This document shows, one piece after another, positions 35,479-48,192 of a stretch of 64,000 nucleotides of DNA. The position numbers and the translations under genes are program-made. The DNA is taken from positions 119,846,001 through 119,910,000 of the forward strand of contig OX597816.1 in assembly GCA_951406725.2 (NCBI GenBank), written 5' to 3'. The notes beneath the pieces are model-generated. The model was not told where the DNA came from. It was given only the letters and a program-made list of their open reading frames with translations, and did no database searches. The stretch is from Octopus vulgaris. Taxonomy: Eukaryota. How positions within the stretch are numbered: the first letter of the stretch is position 1; each line of letters begins with the position of its first letter.

Positions 35479-37109
35479 CACACTAAGCAACGATGGTTAA
35501 ATCAAAGTCTGCATGCATTAGTATTTGTACATTCGTATACACAAATGTGGAAAGATTTTTGCAGCAGTAACTCGAAAGACAAATTATCTTTATTGACAAG
35601 ATATTAAAACACACCGAATTGGGTCGTGAATGATGTCATCAGCCAGTAGGTCACGTGTTTCTGCGTTGTTACGCTTCATCAGCTGCAGACACAGAATAGG
35701 TCGTTCATAACCCACCAAGAACTGCTGTCCTTACATGTCAACAGCAAACAATAAATTTGCTGGCATATGCAAAACTTTGTCAAACTGGAATTATCTAATT
35801 AAAGATGAACTCGCCTCTCCTTTCGTCGCTTATATTGTGGCCGCACTAACCATCATACTCGGTTATTCCTCCCAGAATTTCAATCCTCGGGAGTTCCCTC
35901 CCTATCCATGTTTTCCTGCAACCGTCAACTTTCAACAGGTCAAGAACACCGACCACAATTTCATTGCTCTCAGAGAACTTATTAAAGCTATGGGTACAGT
36001 ACTATCTTCAGACTAAACCATAAAAAACAAATAACAAGCAGACCTATGGTTAAAGGCGTTCCAGTCGTGAACATGCCTTCTTTTTGTATATTGTTGTATA
36101 CATTGGACAGTGAATCCTTTTATATTTAAGACAGTAGGCCGAGGTTTGAAGCAGAACTAGCTGCTCCGTTGGTTCGTACCGCAAGATGTTAATTACTCCA
36201 TCAGCATATCGCTTCAACAAACTGCGCTGCCCTTATAATAAAGGCAGAATGTCACACATTTTTGAAAAGAAAGGTATAATAAACGATTATTGAATTTACT
36301 CCGCCTGAGAACTTCATTTTTCGTATTTCCAACTCCTTGAATCAACAGAATAATTATAAAGGAATAAGATACCCCCAAATTATCATAAAAACCTTCCTTC
36401 CATTACAAACGAAAGCTCATCGCAGGATTTTAACTCAGAATATTTCTTCATACTGCCGAGACATTTTGTCTATTGTTCAAACAATTCAGCTCTAATAATT
36501 ATTTTCTTGTAGTTTATCTTGCGAGTCAGTCCTGATTGAACAGATATATAGTGAAAGACGTTCCGCTCAAGACTATATCATGTTTTTGTCCATTTAAAAG
36601 ATATTTTTATTTATGCCATGCATTGAGGCAGTGCACTGGCAGAATCGTTACCGTTCTTGCTCTTAACGTTCTGAGTTCAAGTTCATCCTTCTGGAATTGA
36701 TAAAATAAAGTACTAGTTGAGCACTAGGAGCAATGTAATCGACTTTAATACCACTTCACTCGCTTAAATTGCTGATTTGGGCCCAAATTTGCCAGAATTT
36801 ATACTATGCTTTTGTGAAAAACGGTGTAGTTGGTCAAAAATTCACTACGGGGACTACATTTTTTAATGGGTTCTTTTAATTCCTATTAAAGACGGTAGGG
36901 AAGGAAATAGGGTTGGTTATATGACACGAGTTGACGAAGTCGAAGAGAAACATAAAACTAAATAAAATATTACTGATTTTAATTGCACCAGTTCTAAAAG
37001 AATGTCAGGCTAAAACAAATTGAACTCAGAATGCAGAGAGTGAAATGAAACCTAAGATTGTAAGGCACTTGATCCCCGTGCAATAAATTCTACCATTCCA
37101 TTACTTTAA

Positions 37110-37323
37110 TAATCCGTTCCACTATAGGCACAAGGCCTGAAATTTGGGGGAAGAGGTTAGTTGAATACATCGACCCCAGTGCCTGACTGGTACTTAATTT
37201 ATCGACTCCGAAACGATGAAAGGCAAAGTCGATCTCGGCGGAATTTGAACTCAACGTAAAGACTGATGAAATGCCGCTAATCATTTTGCCCGATGTGCTA
37301 ACGATTCTGCCAGCTCGCTGCCT
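37110..37323 (-). mobile_element. Family B SINE
   Basis: Reverse complement of the family B head, body and tail. Confidence 0.85.
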
Positions 37324-37454
37324 TATGCTACTTTCATAATAACGAGTTGAAATTTACCCAGGAACACTCGCTGCATGAAAACTGAATGGTAAACTGGGAA
37401 CTAACTTTCTTGATGTAGACATCCAAGAAGTTTTAACTTAATATTACACCCTTA

Positions 37455-38005
37455 AAAGGCGGCGAGCTGGCAGAAACGTTAGCACGCCGGGCGAAATGCT
37501 TAGCGGTATTTCGTCTGCCGCTACGTTCTGAGTTCAAATTCCGTCGAGGTCGACTTTGCCTTTCATCCTTTCGGGGTCGATTAAATAAGTAGCAGTTAGG
37601 CACTGGGGGTCGATATAATCGACTTAATCCCTTTGTCTGTCCTTGTTTGTTCCATCTGTGTGTACTCCCTTGTGGGCAATAAAGAAATAGGTATTTTGTC
37701 TGCGGTTACGTTCTGAGATCATATTCCGCCGAGGTCGACTTTGCCTTTCATCCTTTTGGGGTTGGTTAAATAAGTACCAGTTACGCACTGAGGTCGATAT
37801 AATCGACTTAATCCGTTTGTCTGTCCTTGTTTGTCCCATTCTGTGTTTAGCCCCTTGTGGGTAGTGAAGAAATAGGTATTTCGTCTGTCTTTACGTTCTG
37901 AGTTCAAATTCCGCCGAGGTCGACTTTGCCTTCCATCCTTTCGGGGTCGATAAATTAAGTACCAGTTGCGTACTGGGATCGATCTAATCAACTAGAGTAG
38001 AAAAG
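37455..38005 (+). mobile_element. Trimeric family B SINE with 15-bp TSD
   Basis: Three body units; AATATTACACCCTTA at 37440-37454 and 38006-38020. Confidence 0.9.
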
Positions 38006-38346
38006 AATATTACACCCTTAGTAATGAGAACAAAGCTTATCTATCGTTATTCACACTGATTTTGATAGATTGATTTTCTATAATGAAGATATTTGAAGAT
38101 CCTAAGCTCGTTAATGTCATGTTATAAAGAGTACTGTATATAAGACTACTCTTTATCTTATCATATGTATTGAGAAATCTAGATAGTGAACTGAAAAAGT
38201 GGGGGAAAACACTGAAACCGTTAAGAAACGCAGGTATAGAACTACGAGTTCCCAAGTAACTGTCAGAAATTTGAGTTGATGCTTTATCAATGAGTAGTAG
38301 AAGTGGTGGTGGTGGTGGTGGTAGTAGTAGGAGTAGTTGTAGTTTG

Positions 38347-38400
<54 letters not shown>

Positions 38401-38646
38401 TTCGTAAAAAAACATAAATCCTAAAGAAGAAGCTCACTCTAAGGTGTAGAACAGTATATATTTAAAATGGAGAAAGTTAAACCTTCTATGGACGGGAAAC
38501 CTAAAGTAATCCCATAAACTAGCCTTCCCTATTTGATATATATATATATACAATTAATCCAAACAAGAAAGCACAAAAAAAAAAACACAACAACGCGAGG
38601 ACGTGGAACAAATATAGTATTATTGGACGCTAAGGAAAGAAGGAGG

Positions 38647-38681
38647 GTTTAACGTTTCGAGCGGAGCTCTTCGTCGGAAAC
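38647..38681 (-). ncRNA. Minimal hammerhead-like motif (U4C variant) in a probable Penelope-like fragment (~38551-38752)
   Basis: Minus strand GTTT-CCGACGA-A-GAGC-TCC-GCTC-GAAA-CG-TT-AAAC. Confidence 0.55.
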
Positions 38682-38928
38682 ATAGCAGAAGGAAAGATCC
38701 AGAGAAGGGAAGACAGAGGAAAAAAATCGCCAACGGTACACACGAGGTCACACTCGCACAAAATATGGGGGTTTAGTTCACAGATGATCTAAACGACTAG
38801 GCACGCTAGGTAAGTGCTGTAACGGTTTACTAGGACTCCAAGGTTATAGCCGAGACGGTAGTTATGGAGCCATACCAGATTTCCGATATATCGGATATAA
38901 ATTTGTTTTTTTTAATACTAGCTTGTTT

Positions 38929-39009
<81 letters not shown>

Positions 39010-39064
39010 TATATATATATATTTATATATATATATATATTTATATATATATTGTTGCTATTGT

Positions 39065-41730
39065 TAGTCGGTGGTGCCTATACAAAATTCGAAGGCTGTG
39101 TGAACCTTATCTCAAGCCTCTGCCTGCTTCATCTCTTCTTAGATATCGCTGTCTCTGAAGTTTCCTGTTGATGTCAAGATCTTGCTGATTTTAATATCTA
39201 TGGGGTGGATTTTCTTTACAGATCCTAAATGTTGGTATTAGCACTGGTACTGCAAATACATTGTAAGACGAGAGCTCCAACTGCTACATTTTTCTAGGTC
39301 TAGTGTAGTTTCCTCTTAAGGCGAAGGTCCTTTACCTTCGCTCCTCTTTATTCACAGCACCTTCGTATTATATATTTTCATCAATACCAAGGCATTTGTA
39401 GCATTCATTGTGTGGAATACTAGATATAAAAAGACCATTGATACATACACGGGTTGGACAAAATAATGGAAACACCTAGCATCATAATTTTGAAACCGTC
39501 AAAAGCTTGTTTATTTTTATACTTTTTTTTTATTTATTATTAGTGTTGCTTACTATGTTTTGCTAAAATTGCTGTTTCTTTTCAGATATCATCAGAAAAG
39601 AGTAATTAAAATTTATTAAAATGACAGATCAATCGAACTTTCAAAGAGGTCAAATTGTTGATGCTCGTATGGCAGGCGCTAGCGTAACGAAAACAACCGA
39701 AATATTTGGTATATCAAGAAGTACTGTCTCGAAAGTAATGACAGCCTTTGAGAAAGAGGGAAAAACTTCGTCGAAACAAAACTCCGGAAAAAAATCCAAA
39801 ACTTTCAGATAGGCACCGTCGGACTCTTACGCGAATTGTTAGAAAGGATCACAAAAGTACAGCTCCCTAAATTACTGCAGAGCTTAATGACCACCTCGAG
39901 AACCCAGTTTCCACAAAAACTGTTCGCCGGGAGCTGCACAAAGCCGGATTTCACGCGAGGGCTGCAATCATGAAACCACCACTTTCACGGGAGGGCTACT
40001 TTCAAAAACGTTGCAAAGCGTTTAGAGTGGAGTAAAAACCCACAGAATTGGTCCCTAGAGCAGTGGAAGAATGTTATTTTCTTGGCCGAGTCATCCTTTA
40101 TCTTATTTCCGACCACCGGCTGAGTATACCTGTGGAGACAGCCAAAAGAAGCATTTGACCGAGACTGCCTTCTTCCAACTGTTAAACATGGAGGAGGATC
40201 TGCGATGATCTGGTGAGGTTATATCTTGGAAATCCGCCGGCCCAATGGTTTCCCATCATGCCAGAATTCATAGTCAAGACTATTTAAGCATTTTATCTGA
40301 TCAAATTCATCCTACGGTTGTGGGACTGTTTCCAGAGGGAAACGCAATCTTTCAGGATGAAAATGCACCAATTCAACAGCTAAAGTTGTTACTGAATGGC
40401 ACGAGGAACATTCTAGTGAAGTTGAACATCTTATCTGGCCACCACAGTCCCCAGATGTCAATATTATTGAATATTTATGGTGCATTTTAGAAATACAAGT
40501 AAGGAGTCGATATCTTCCACCATCATCACTACAAGAACTGGAAGCTGTTTTAGCTGAAGAATGGACAAAAATTATTTTGGAAACAACTCAAACTTTGTAC
40601 GAGTCCATACCTTGTAGAATTCAAGATGTAATTACTGTCAAAGGCGGTCCTACCCCATTTTGAAATAAATTTGTTTGAAATTTTAAGGTGTTTCCATTAT
40701 TTTGTCCAACCCCTGTAGGTTTGGGGTTTGAAGAGACTGATTTTTCCATATGAAGGCTTCTTTTGGTCAAATTCCGCTCCTATGTTAGCTAAAGATGTTA
40801 ACACCAACTGTTTTCGGCTTTTTAAACATTTTAGCATAGATCATCCACAAATAAAATGAGTTACACTGATATCTCTAACAGTTGTAGAGTCCAGCATGTA
40901 ACAACTGTATTTTTGTAAAAAGAAATGGTAATGAATTTAATGCCCAAATAAATAAACTTACAAGGAGAGTATTCCCTTTGAAATATTTCTAACATCGGAA
41001 GATTGCCTTGTGGGTTGTTGTCTAGTAGTTGTGAGTGTCTCAGGGGCAGCGACTAAGGTAGTAGGTACTTTTGCAAAGTACAGAGTCATCAGTAACCATG
41101 AGTGGGTCCATAAAGTCGAATGCTTTCCTATAATCAAAGCATATTGTCATACGGCTTCTGTGATGTTTTCTTACTTCGCAACACAGCCTTGCTCAGAAAC
41201 TGTCCGGCACATCCCCATACTCCATTCTTTCTACTTGCTAGCACATCAGTCATTATGTTGTTGGATTCACAATGAGTCTGGAGTAACTGGTTGAAGCAGC
41301 TTGTTTAGTTGTACATAACGTTTAGGAAAGCAATGTGTCTAAAGTTTTCTGCCAACTCAGTAATTTCATTCTTGGCTACAAGATTCGTGCATGCCAATTT
41401 GGTATGTCCATCTGACTTCACACAGTTCCTTTGAATATACAAATTAATGGCTTTCTGTAGAAGGTTGTCAACTTCTTTTACCAGTGTCCAACTATTAGAT
41501 CTCTTTATAAGATGTAGCTTGTCAACGGCTATGGTGAAGGTTTCAGGGTCGATTGTGCATGTTTTACTGTCGATGTTGGCGCAGTATCTTTTCCTACTTG
41601 TATTTCGCTGCGATGCATTCTGGTTAAAATCTCTTTTCGTTCTATAACTTAGACCAGAGTAAGTCAAATCTTTTTCAGTAGGAGTATCTTAACGGTATTA
41701 TCTTCCTTCCTCATCTTCTTGTGCAATGCC
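39065..41730 (-). pseudogene. Decayed R4/Dong-like non-LTR retrotransposon RT, interrupted by a Tc1
   Basis: Broken frames give NFRHIAFLNVMY, HCESNNIMTD..KNGVWGCAGQ and ILFVDDL (~40840-40860), then beyond the Tc1 CYKCLGIDENI, FAVPVLIPTF, IDIKISKILT and AGRGL. Confidence 0.8.
39448..40715 (+). mobile_element. Tc1-family (DD34E-type) transposon, full length, transposase disrupted (39621-40663)
   Basis: TA|CACGGGTTGGACAAAATAATGGAAACACCT ... AGGTGTTTCCATTATTTTGTCCAACCCCTG|TA; HTH start MTDQSNFQRGQIV, PTVKHGGGS, FQDENAP, WPPQSPDVNIIE, GGPTPF*. Confidence 0.95.
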
Positions 41731-43115
41731 CGTGGATTAAAAGCAAAATTGTGATTTATAGTGACCCACTTAAATTTTTTGTTTGTTTAGGATAACGGAG
41801 CTTTTTCACTCAGCGTCCTGAGTTCGTGCTTTAAATTAATTACCTTTTCCTCTGGGGGCTTGGCGTGAATAGTCGCCATAAAGCAGTCTGTCTGTCTGTA
41901 TATATATATCTGTCTGCATGTATGTACGAACGTACGTATGAATGTATTATGTGGGTAGGTAATAAGGAAGGTATATAGGTAGAGAGGGTGGGAGGAGGAA
42001 GGGATGATGGGATAGAGGTATATGTGTGTGTGTACCACAATGTAGGCGCAGTATGGCTGAATGGTGAAGAAGTCTGCTTCGCAAGCACGAGCTCCAGGGT
42101 TCGAACTCATTCCATGGCATGCTGGGCTGATGTCATTTTTTTTTTTTTTTTTGCATCCTGTCGGCCCATACCTTGTAAGTGAAAATAGGTAGTGAGAAAG
42201 TACACAGAATCCCCTCAGATTCATTATATCCGTTATTCAAAAGATGTAGCCTTGCTTACACACTGTGTCATGCTGACTCTACCTGAGAAACATATTAAGG
42301 CTGCATGTGTTTGTGCAATGCTCAGCAACTTACACGTCAATTCAGGAGCAGATAATTTAGTCGATCAAACAACTGAATCCTCATTGCCGAAAGATGTGTG
42401 TGTGTGCGTGCGCGCGCGCAGTCGATCACATCGACCCCACTACTTTTTCCTGTCTGATAATTATTTTATCAATTTTTATTTCTCGAACTACCACATAATT
42501 AGGAACAAAGAAACACTACATAAACGAAACCAGTTAACCAATGTAAACATGAAGTAAATTGATCTCTTGATTTCTACAATGAGGACTCCATCAACTGAAC
42601 TACCTACTCTTTAAATTAGTATAAAAGTGACTGAGTATTTCGTATGTGTACCTTTACTATAATATTCCGACACCATGCGATAAAACCAGAACTTTGAATT
42701 ACAGATCTAATCGATCTCCCTCCAATTTATAGTTTGCTTTTAAACGACCTTAAGAGACGTTATTTTGGACCAATACCGCAGTAACTTGTATTTCAACGAT
42801 GTATTTACATTAAATATACAAAGATGGCAATTTTAATTTAATATTGCTGCAATTGCATATACCGGATTTTTATTCAGCTGGAAGGTTATTCGTCATATCA
42901 AAGGATTTTTTTTTTATTGTTTCTTATACTGGAGGCGACAAATTTCGTCTTGGTATATGGCTAAGATGCATCTGGCATTCTCACTAGCCACTGCAAAGAT
43001 GATTTTTCGAATCTCTCTCCAATATATAGTGTTTTTAAACGTTCATAAAGGATGATATCTCGGACCAACACTGCAGTAACTTGGCTTTCAACGACATTAA
43101 GTACAATATATGGAT

Positions 43116-43346
43116 GGCGTGTGGCCTAGTGGTTAGGCTGTCGTGGATTCAATTCCCAGACCAGGCGGCGCGTTGTGTTCTTGAGCAAAGCACTCATGTC
43201 TCCCATTTCGATCAGGGGGTAAATGTTGGCCTGCTCGCCTATCTAGCAGGGTGACGTCATTCGAAGGCTAAACCAATGCGAAGCGCATTGTGACCAGCGA
43301 TGTGTATCAGCATCTGATAGTCTGGTCGGTCACGTGATCACGTGAC
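43116..43346 (+). mobile_element. tRNA-derived SINE (third family)
   Basis: A-box-like GTGGCCTAGTGGTTAG, B-box-like GATTCAATTCCC, TGTTCTTGAGCAAAGCACT core, and a tail of repeated TCACGTGA. Confidence 0.65.
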
Positions 43347-43809
43347 ATGGATGGCTATTCTAATTTAAGACTACTTCTATTGCGTATACCGGGCTTCCAG
43401 TTTCCGACAATCCAGTTTCACTCACAAGAGTTGTTTCAATCTGAGGTCAGACTTAAAGATACTCGGCCAAGATGCCATGCAACGATATCAAATCCAATGC
43501 CATGCGATTATGTAGCGAACTTCTTAACCATTTGCCCATGCTGTGGTGACAGTGAAACATAGGCACAAACCGTTCAGTTTCTGGATAACTCGAAATCAGA
43601 GTAGAAGGCTTTTCTAAGGTACCGCACAGTGGGATCAAACCTAGAACCACACGGTTGCAAAACAAACTGTTTAACCTCATGACTATAACTAAAGAAATGG
43701 TTCACTAAAAATGTTGAAGTTTTCTAGAAATTAGTTAAATTCGAACCCATACACGCAAGTCGTATCAGTAATCAACGCTTGCCCACACGACCATCAAGTT
43801 CTACACATT

Positions 43810-44190
43810 CTTTTATTCTTTTACAAGCTGGAGTACCCCCTTCAAGGGGGTACTGACTCCTGTAGTTTTTTTTTAAAAAAAAAGTCTGGTACTTATTCTC
43901 TCGGTCACATTTCTTGAATCGCTAAGTTATGGGGATGTAAATGAATCAACGGGTGACCAGTGGTGGACGAGCGAGGGACAATTACATAGACGCCCGCAAA
44001 CACACACACACATCCGCGTGCGCACGCGATGGGCTCTCAAGCTGTTTCCGTCAAGTAAATCCACTCACATAGCATTGGCTGGCCCGGGTTTATAGTAGAA
44101 GACACGTGTCCAAGGTGTTGAACAGTAGGACTGAACCTGAAACTACATAATTACGAAGCAAACTTCCTAACCATACAGTCATGCCTGCTC
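43810..44190 (-). mobile_element. Decayed family A SINE
   Basis: Similarity to 3880-4282. Confidence 0.7.
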
Positions 44191-44798
44191 CATATGCATA
44201 TTAAAAAAAAACCAAAAACCCCAAAAAAAAAAAAACACATTAATAAATTATTCTGAGATATCATACACGTTAAACCTATAATTAAGTTAGTGTTAATTTA
44301 CTTTATATTTCTACCCAATGAGAAATATGTGTTTAAAAAAATTGATATTTCAATCTCTTCGACAATTACGGGAGACAACCTAAAACATGTTTTGGTCTTA
44401 TTAGATCTCTTCACTGAATCATAGATTTCACCGTACTTGCTAAAGTAGCAATGAGAAACACTAACAGTATTATATTGTACATGACTAGGCGGGAAAAATT
44501 CACATATTTTAAAAACTAAGTAACTTAGTGTATATATTACTCATAGACACCATTCACACAATAAAGAATAATAATGTTGGGTTTAGATATATTTAATGTA
44601 TTATTATCATGCATTGTTCCTAAACCACAAAACCAACATTCTGGCTTCCGATAGGAGTGTTCCAATAGTGAAAGTTGTAATAAAGATAAAAAATTATTAT
44701 CATTATTGAGGCCGACGTTTTCTTTCATCCGTTCGAGGTCGATGTAATCGACTAGTCCCCTCACCCAAAATTTCAGGCCTTGTGCCTATAATAATATT

Positions 44799-44827
44799 TA
44801 TAATGATAATAATAATAATAATAATAA

Positions 44828-44858
<31 letters not shown>

Positions 44859-44888
44859 TATTATTATTACTATTATTATTATTATTAC

Positions 44889-44920
<32 letters not shown>

Positions 44921-44933
44921 GTAGTAGTAGTAG
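44799..44933. repeat. (TAA)n/(TTA)n microsatellite between opposed SINE copies
   Basis: Direct reading. Confidence 0.9.
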
Positions 44934-44934
44934 T

Positions 44935-45320
44935 TAGCACACTGGACGAAATGTTTAGCGGTAATTCGCCAGTCGCTGCGTTCTGAGTTCAAATTCCGCC
45001 GAGGTTGACTTTGCCTTTCATCCTTTCGGCTCGATAAATTAAGTACCAGTTGAATACTGTGTCAATGTTATCGATTTAACTCCTCACTCCAAATTTCAGG
45101 CCTTGTGCCTATAGTAGAAAGGATTATTATTGCTGGCAGAATCGTTAGCTAGTCGGACAAAATGTTTAGCGGTATCACGGTTTCGAGTTCGAATACTGCC
45201 CAGGTTGACTTTGCCTTTCATCCCTTCGGGGTCGATGAAGTAAGTACCAGTTGAGCACTGAAGTCGGTGTAATCGACTAATCCCCTCCCTATGAAACTGC
45301 TGGCCTTGTGTCAAAAAAGG
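44935..45320 (+). mobile_element. Two adjacent family B SINE copies
   Basis: GACTTTGCCTTTCATCC..GATAAATTAAGTACCAG body occurs twice. Confidence 0.8.
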
Positions 45321-45672
45321 ACTATTATTGTTGTTGATATCATAAGAAAAACCACAAACATACTGAACTATTCTGAAAGATTTGTATTTCCCTACAGCTC
45401 AAATGTTACGTCCTATAAATTAAATCAAACTTGGATGTTAATTGAAAAGAAAACGACCACAGCAACAACAACATTTTTGCTATCAAACCACTTCATTATA
45501 ATCACAATTTACTGTGAGAATAAATTTTTTGTTTGCTTTAATTTCGAAATTCTTTCTGAAATACAATTAATCAATTATACTTTCATTTCCCCTTTCACTT
45601 CCCACCTCATAAAGTAAATTATATAGGACGTTCATTGCTTTTGTTTTCATATTCCTCGTTGTGTGTGCGTGA

Positions 45673-45686
45673 GTAGATAGACAGAC

Positions 45687-45740
<54 letters not shown>

Positions 45741-45746
45741 GTAGAC

Positions 45747-45811
<65 letters not shown>
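45673..45811. repeat. (TAGA)n microsatellite
   Basis: Direct reading. Confidence 0.97.
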
Positions 45812-45812
<1 letters not shown>

Positions 45813-46054
45813 GCGACAAAGGAAGCGATGCAGATATGCATTGTATACACACATTCACATATACGTATCCATACATACATACAAACATACATACATGCAT
45901 ACAAAGAGAGTAAGTGAGAGAATCTGCGTGTGTGTGTATGCGTGAGGAGTTCAGCGTCAAAAGAGAATGCAGTAGATTTCTTCCTTTTATTATATTTTTG
46001 TATTTGTTTCAAATTTGCGCTTTCTTGTCTTTCTTCGTTTTGTGTCACTATTAG

Positions 46055-46203
46055 CTTACCATAGTTCAAATCACCTAACATTAAGGCAAGTAGTTGTGGT
46101 TCGGTTTGCCCAACACGAAATTGTTCAGCTGTCGATAGCTCGCCCCGGCTGTGTATTGAAATTTGGTGAGCAGGTGGCAGCGGTTCAACCAACCCTCCTA
46201 TGA
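46055..46203. other. Orphan GC-richer exon-like island of unknown strand and frame
   Basis: Non-repetitive, open in several frames, with splice-like signals on both strands. Confidence 0.4.
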
Positions 46204-46625
46204 CTGCAACTATTCATATTAAAAAAAAAATTTAAATCAGCCCTCTCTCTGTCTCTATCTATCTATCTACCCACATACACTATATATATATATATGTTTC
46301 TTTATTTGTTAATATCTGTATATCTGACTCAATCTTTATTGCTTTCTTCCTCTGTCCTTCAGTCTTTGTTTAATTATCCTCTCTTTCTCTGTTTATATTT
46401 TATTTCCAATTTTGATACTCTATCTTTCTATCACTGATCTTTTCCTTTTTCTCCACACTATTTGATTTATACTGTCACTCTGTGGCCCAATCTCTCTCTT
46501 TCCCTCTCATATCTCGGTCTTTGTTGTTGCTTTTTCCCTTCATGCATTTTTCTTTTTATTTCACCCTCCCTCATCGCTGGATTAGTTTCTCAGTCCTTGT
46601 CTTTTTGTCTTTCACTCACTCCCTT

Positions 46626-46667
<42 letters not shown>

Positions 46668-47479
46668 CTTCATGTCACCTCCACCTTTTTTGTTCAACAC
46701 CTCTTCCTTGTGAGTGTGCGTACACCATAGTCTCTCTCCCTCTCTTCTCCCTTTCTCTCGGCTGTCTTCTTTATATCTCGCTTTCTGGCTCCTCTCATTC
46801 ATAAACTCCTACCTTCGATTATATTTGCCCTTTCACTTTCGCCAGTAGACAAAAAATAGCTTTTTTGTATTGAAAAATAAGTGAGGTGTGTGAAATAATA
46901 CTTTCTGCAGCAGATTGATTTTTCGCAAGAAAAATATTATTTAAATATTAAAATATCATTAATTATTATTATTATTATTAAAATATTATTTAAATATAAA
47001 ACTTTGAAAATTAAATCTAAGACTATTTTTGCACGACTTTATACCAGGAAGTTATCAAGTTTCTGATCGATTAAGCTGGGATGATATAATTTGAGGAATA
47101 TTTTGTTACTATTTCTAACCAGATAAGTGACCGCTTAGTTGCACTTTTCAGGGGCTTTGTCTGAGAGCGTATATTTGAATTTTCTCACAAACTTCAGTCT
47201 CGAAATAAAGGAAACAAAAATGTAGCTATGAGACTACGAGTATAATTCCTTTTATAATGTCAATACTGAAATATTTAAAGCCATGCATATAAAAATGTAC
47301 CTACGTTTGTTGACAGAGAATTAGTAACAAGGAGAGAAGAAAGAATACAGATGTATGTACATTAATGTGTGTGTGAGCGTGTACTTTTATTCTTTTACTT
47401 GTTTCAGTCAGCCATACTGGAGCACCGCCTTAAAGGGTTTTAGTCGAACAAATCGACCCCCAGGACTTATTCTTTGTAA

Positions 47480-47527
47480 TTTATATATTTACACACACAT
47501 ACATATATATATTCATATACACATATA

Positions 47528-47595
<68 letters not shown>

Positions 47596-47605
47596 TGTGT
47601 GTGAG

Positions 47606-47639
<34 letters not shown>

Positions 47640-47853
47640 TATACATATATATTCATATATATATACATGTGTGTGAATATATATATATTCATATACATAT
47701 ATACATATATATTCATATATATATATATATACATGTGTGTGAATATATATATATATATATATATATTCATATACATATGTATTCATATATATATATATAT
47801 GTGTGTGTGTATGTGTGAATATATATATATATATATATTCATATACATATATC

Positions 47854-47887
<34 letters not shown>

Positions 47888-48192
47888 ATGTGTGAATATA
47901 TATATATTCATATACATATATATGTGTGTGTGTGTATGTGTGTGAATATATATATATATATATTCATATACATATATCATATATATACATATATATATAC
48001 ATATGTATTCATATATATATGTGTGTGTATGTGTGAATATATATATATTCATATACATATATATGTGTGTGTGTGTGTATGTGTGTGAATATATATATAT
48101 ATATATATTCATATACATCTATACATATATATTCATATATATATTTTTGTGTGTGTGTGTGTGTGTGTGAATATATACACACACACACACAC
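47480..48192. repeat. TA/TG-rich minisatellite (units such as GTGTGAATATATATATTCATATACAT)
   Basis: Direct reading. Confidence 0.93.

Noticed and set aside
37455-38005. Regularly spaced repeats resembling a CRISPR array
   Set aside because: Whole ~180-bp units repeat with no unique spacers; eukaryotic SINE multimer; no cas genes
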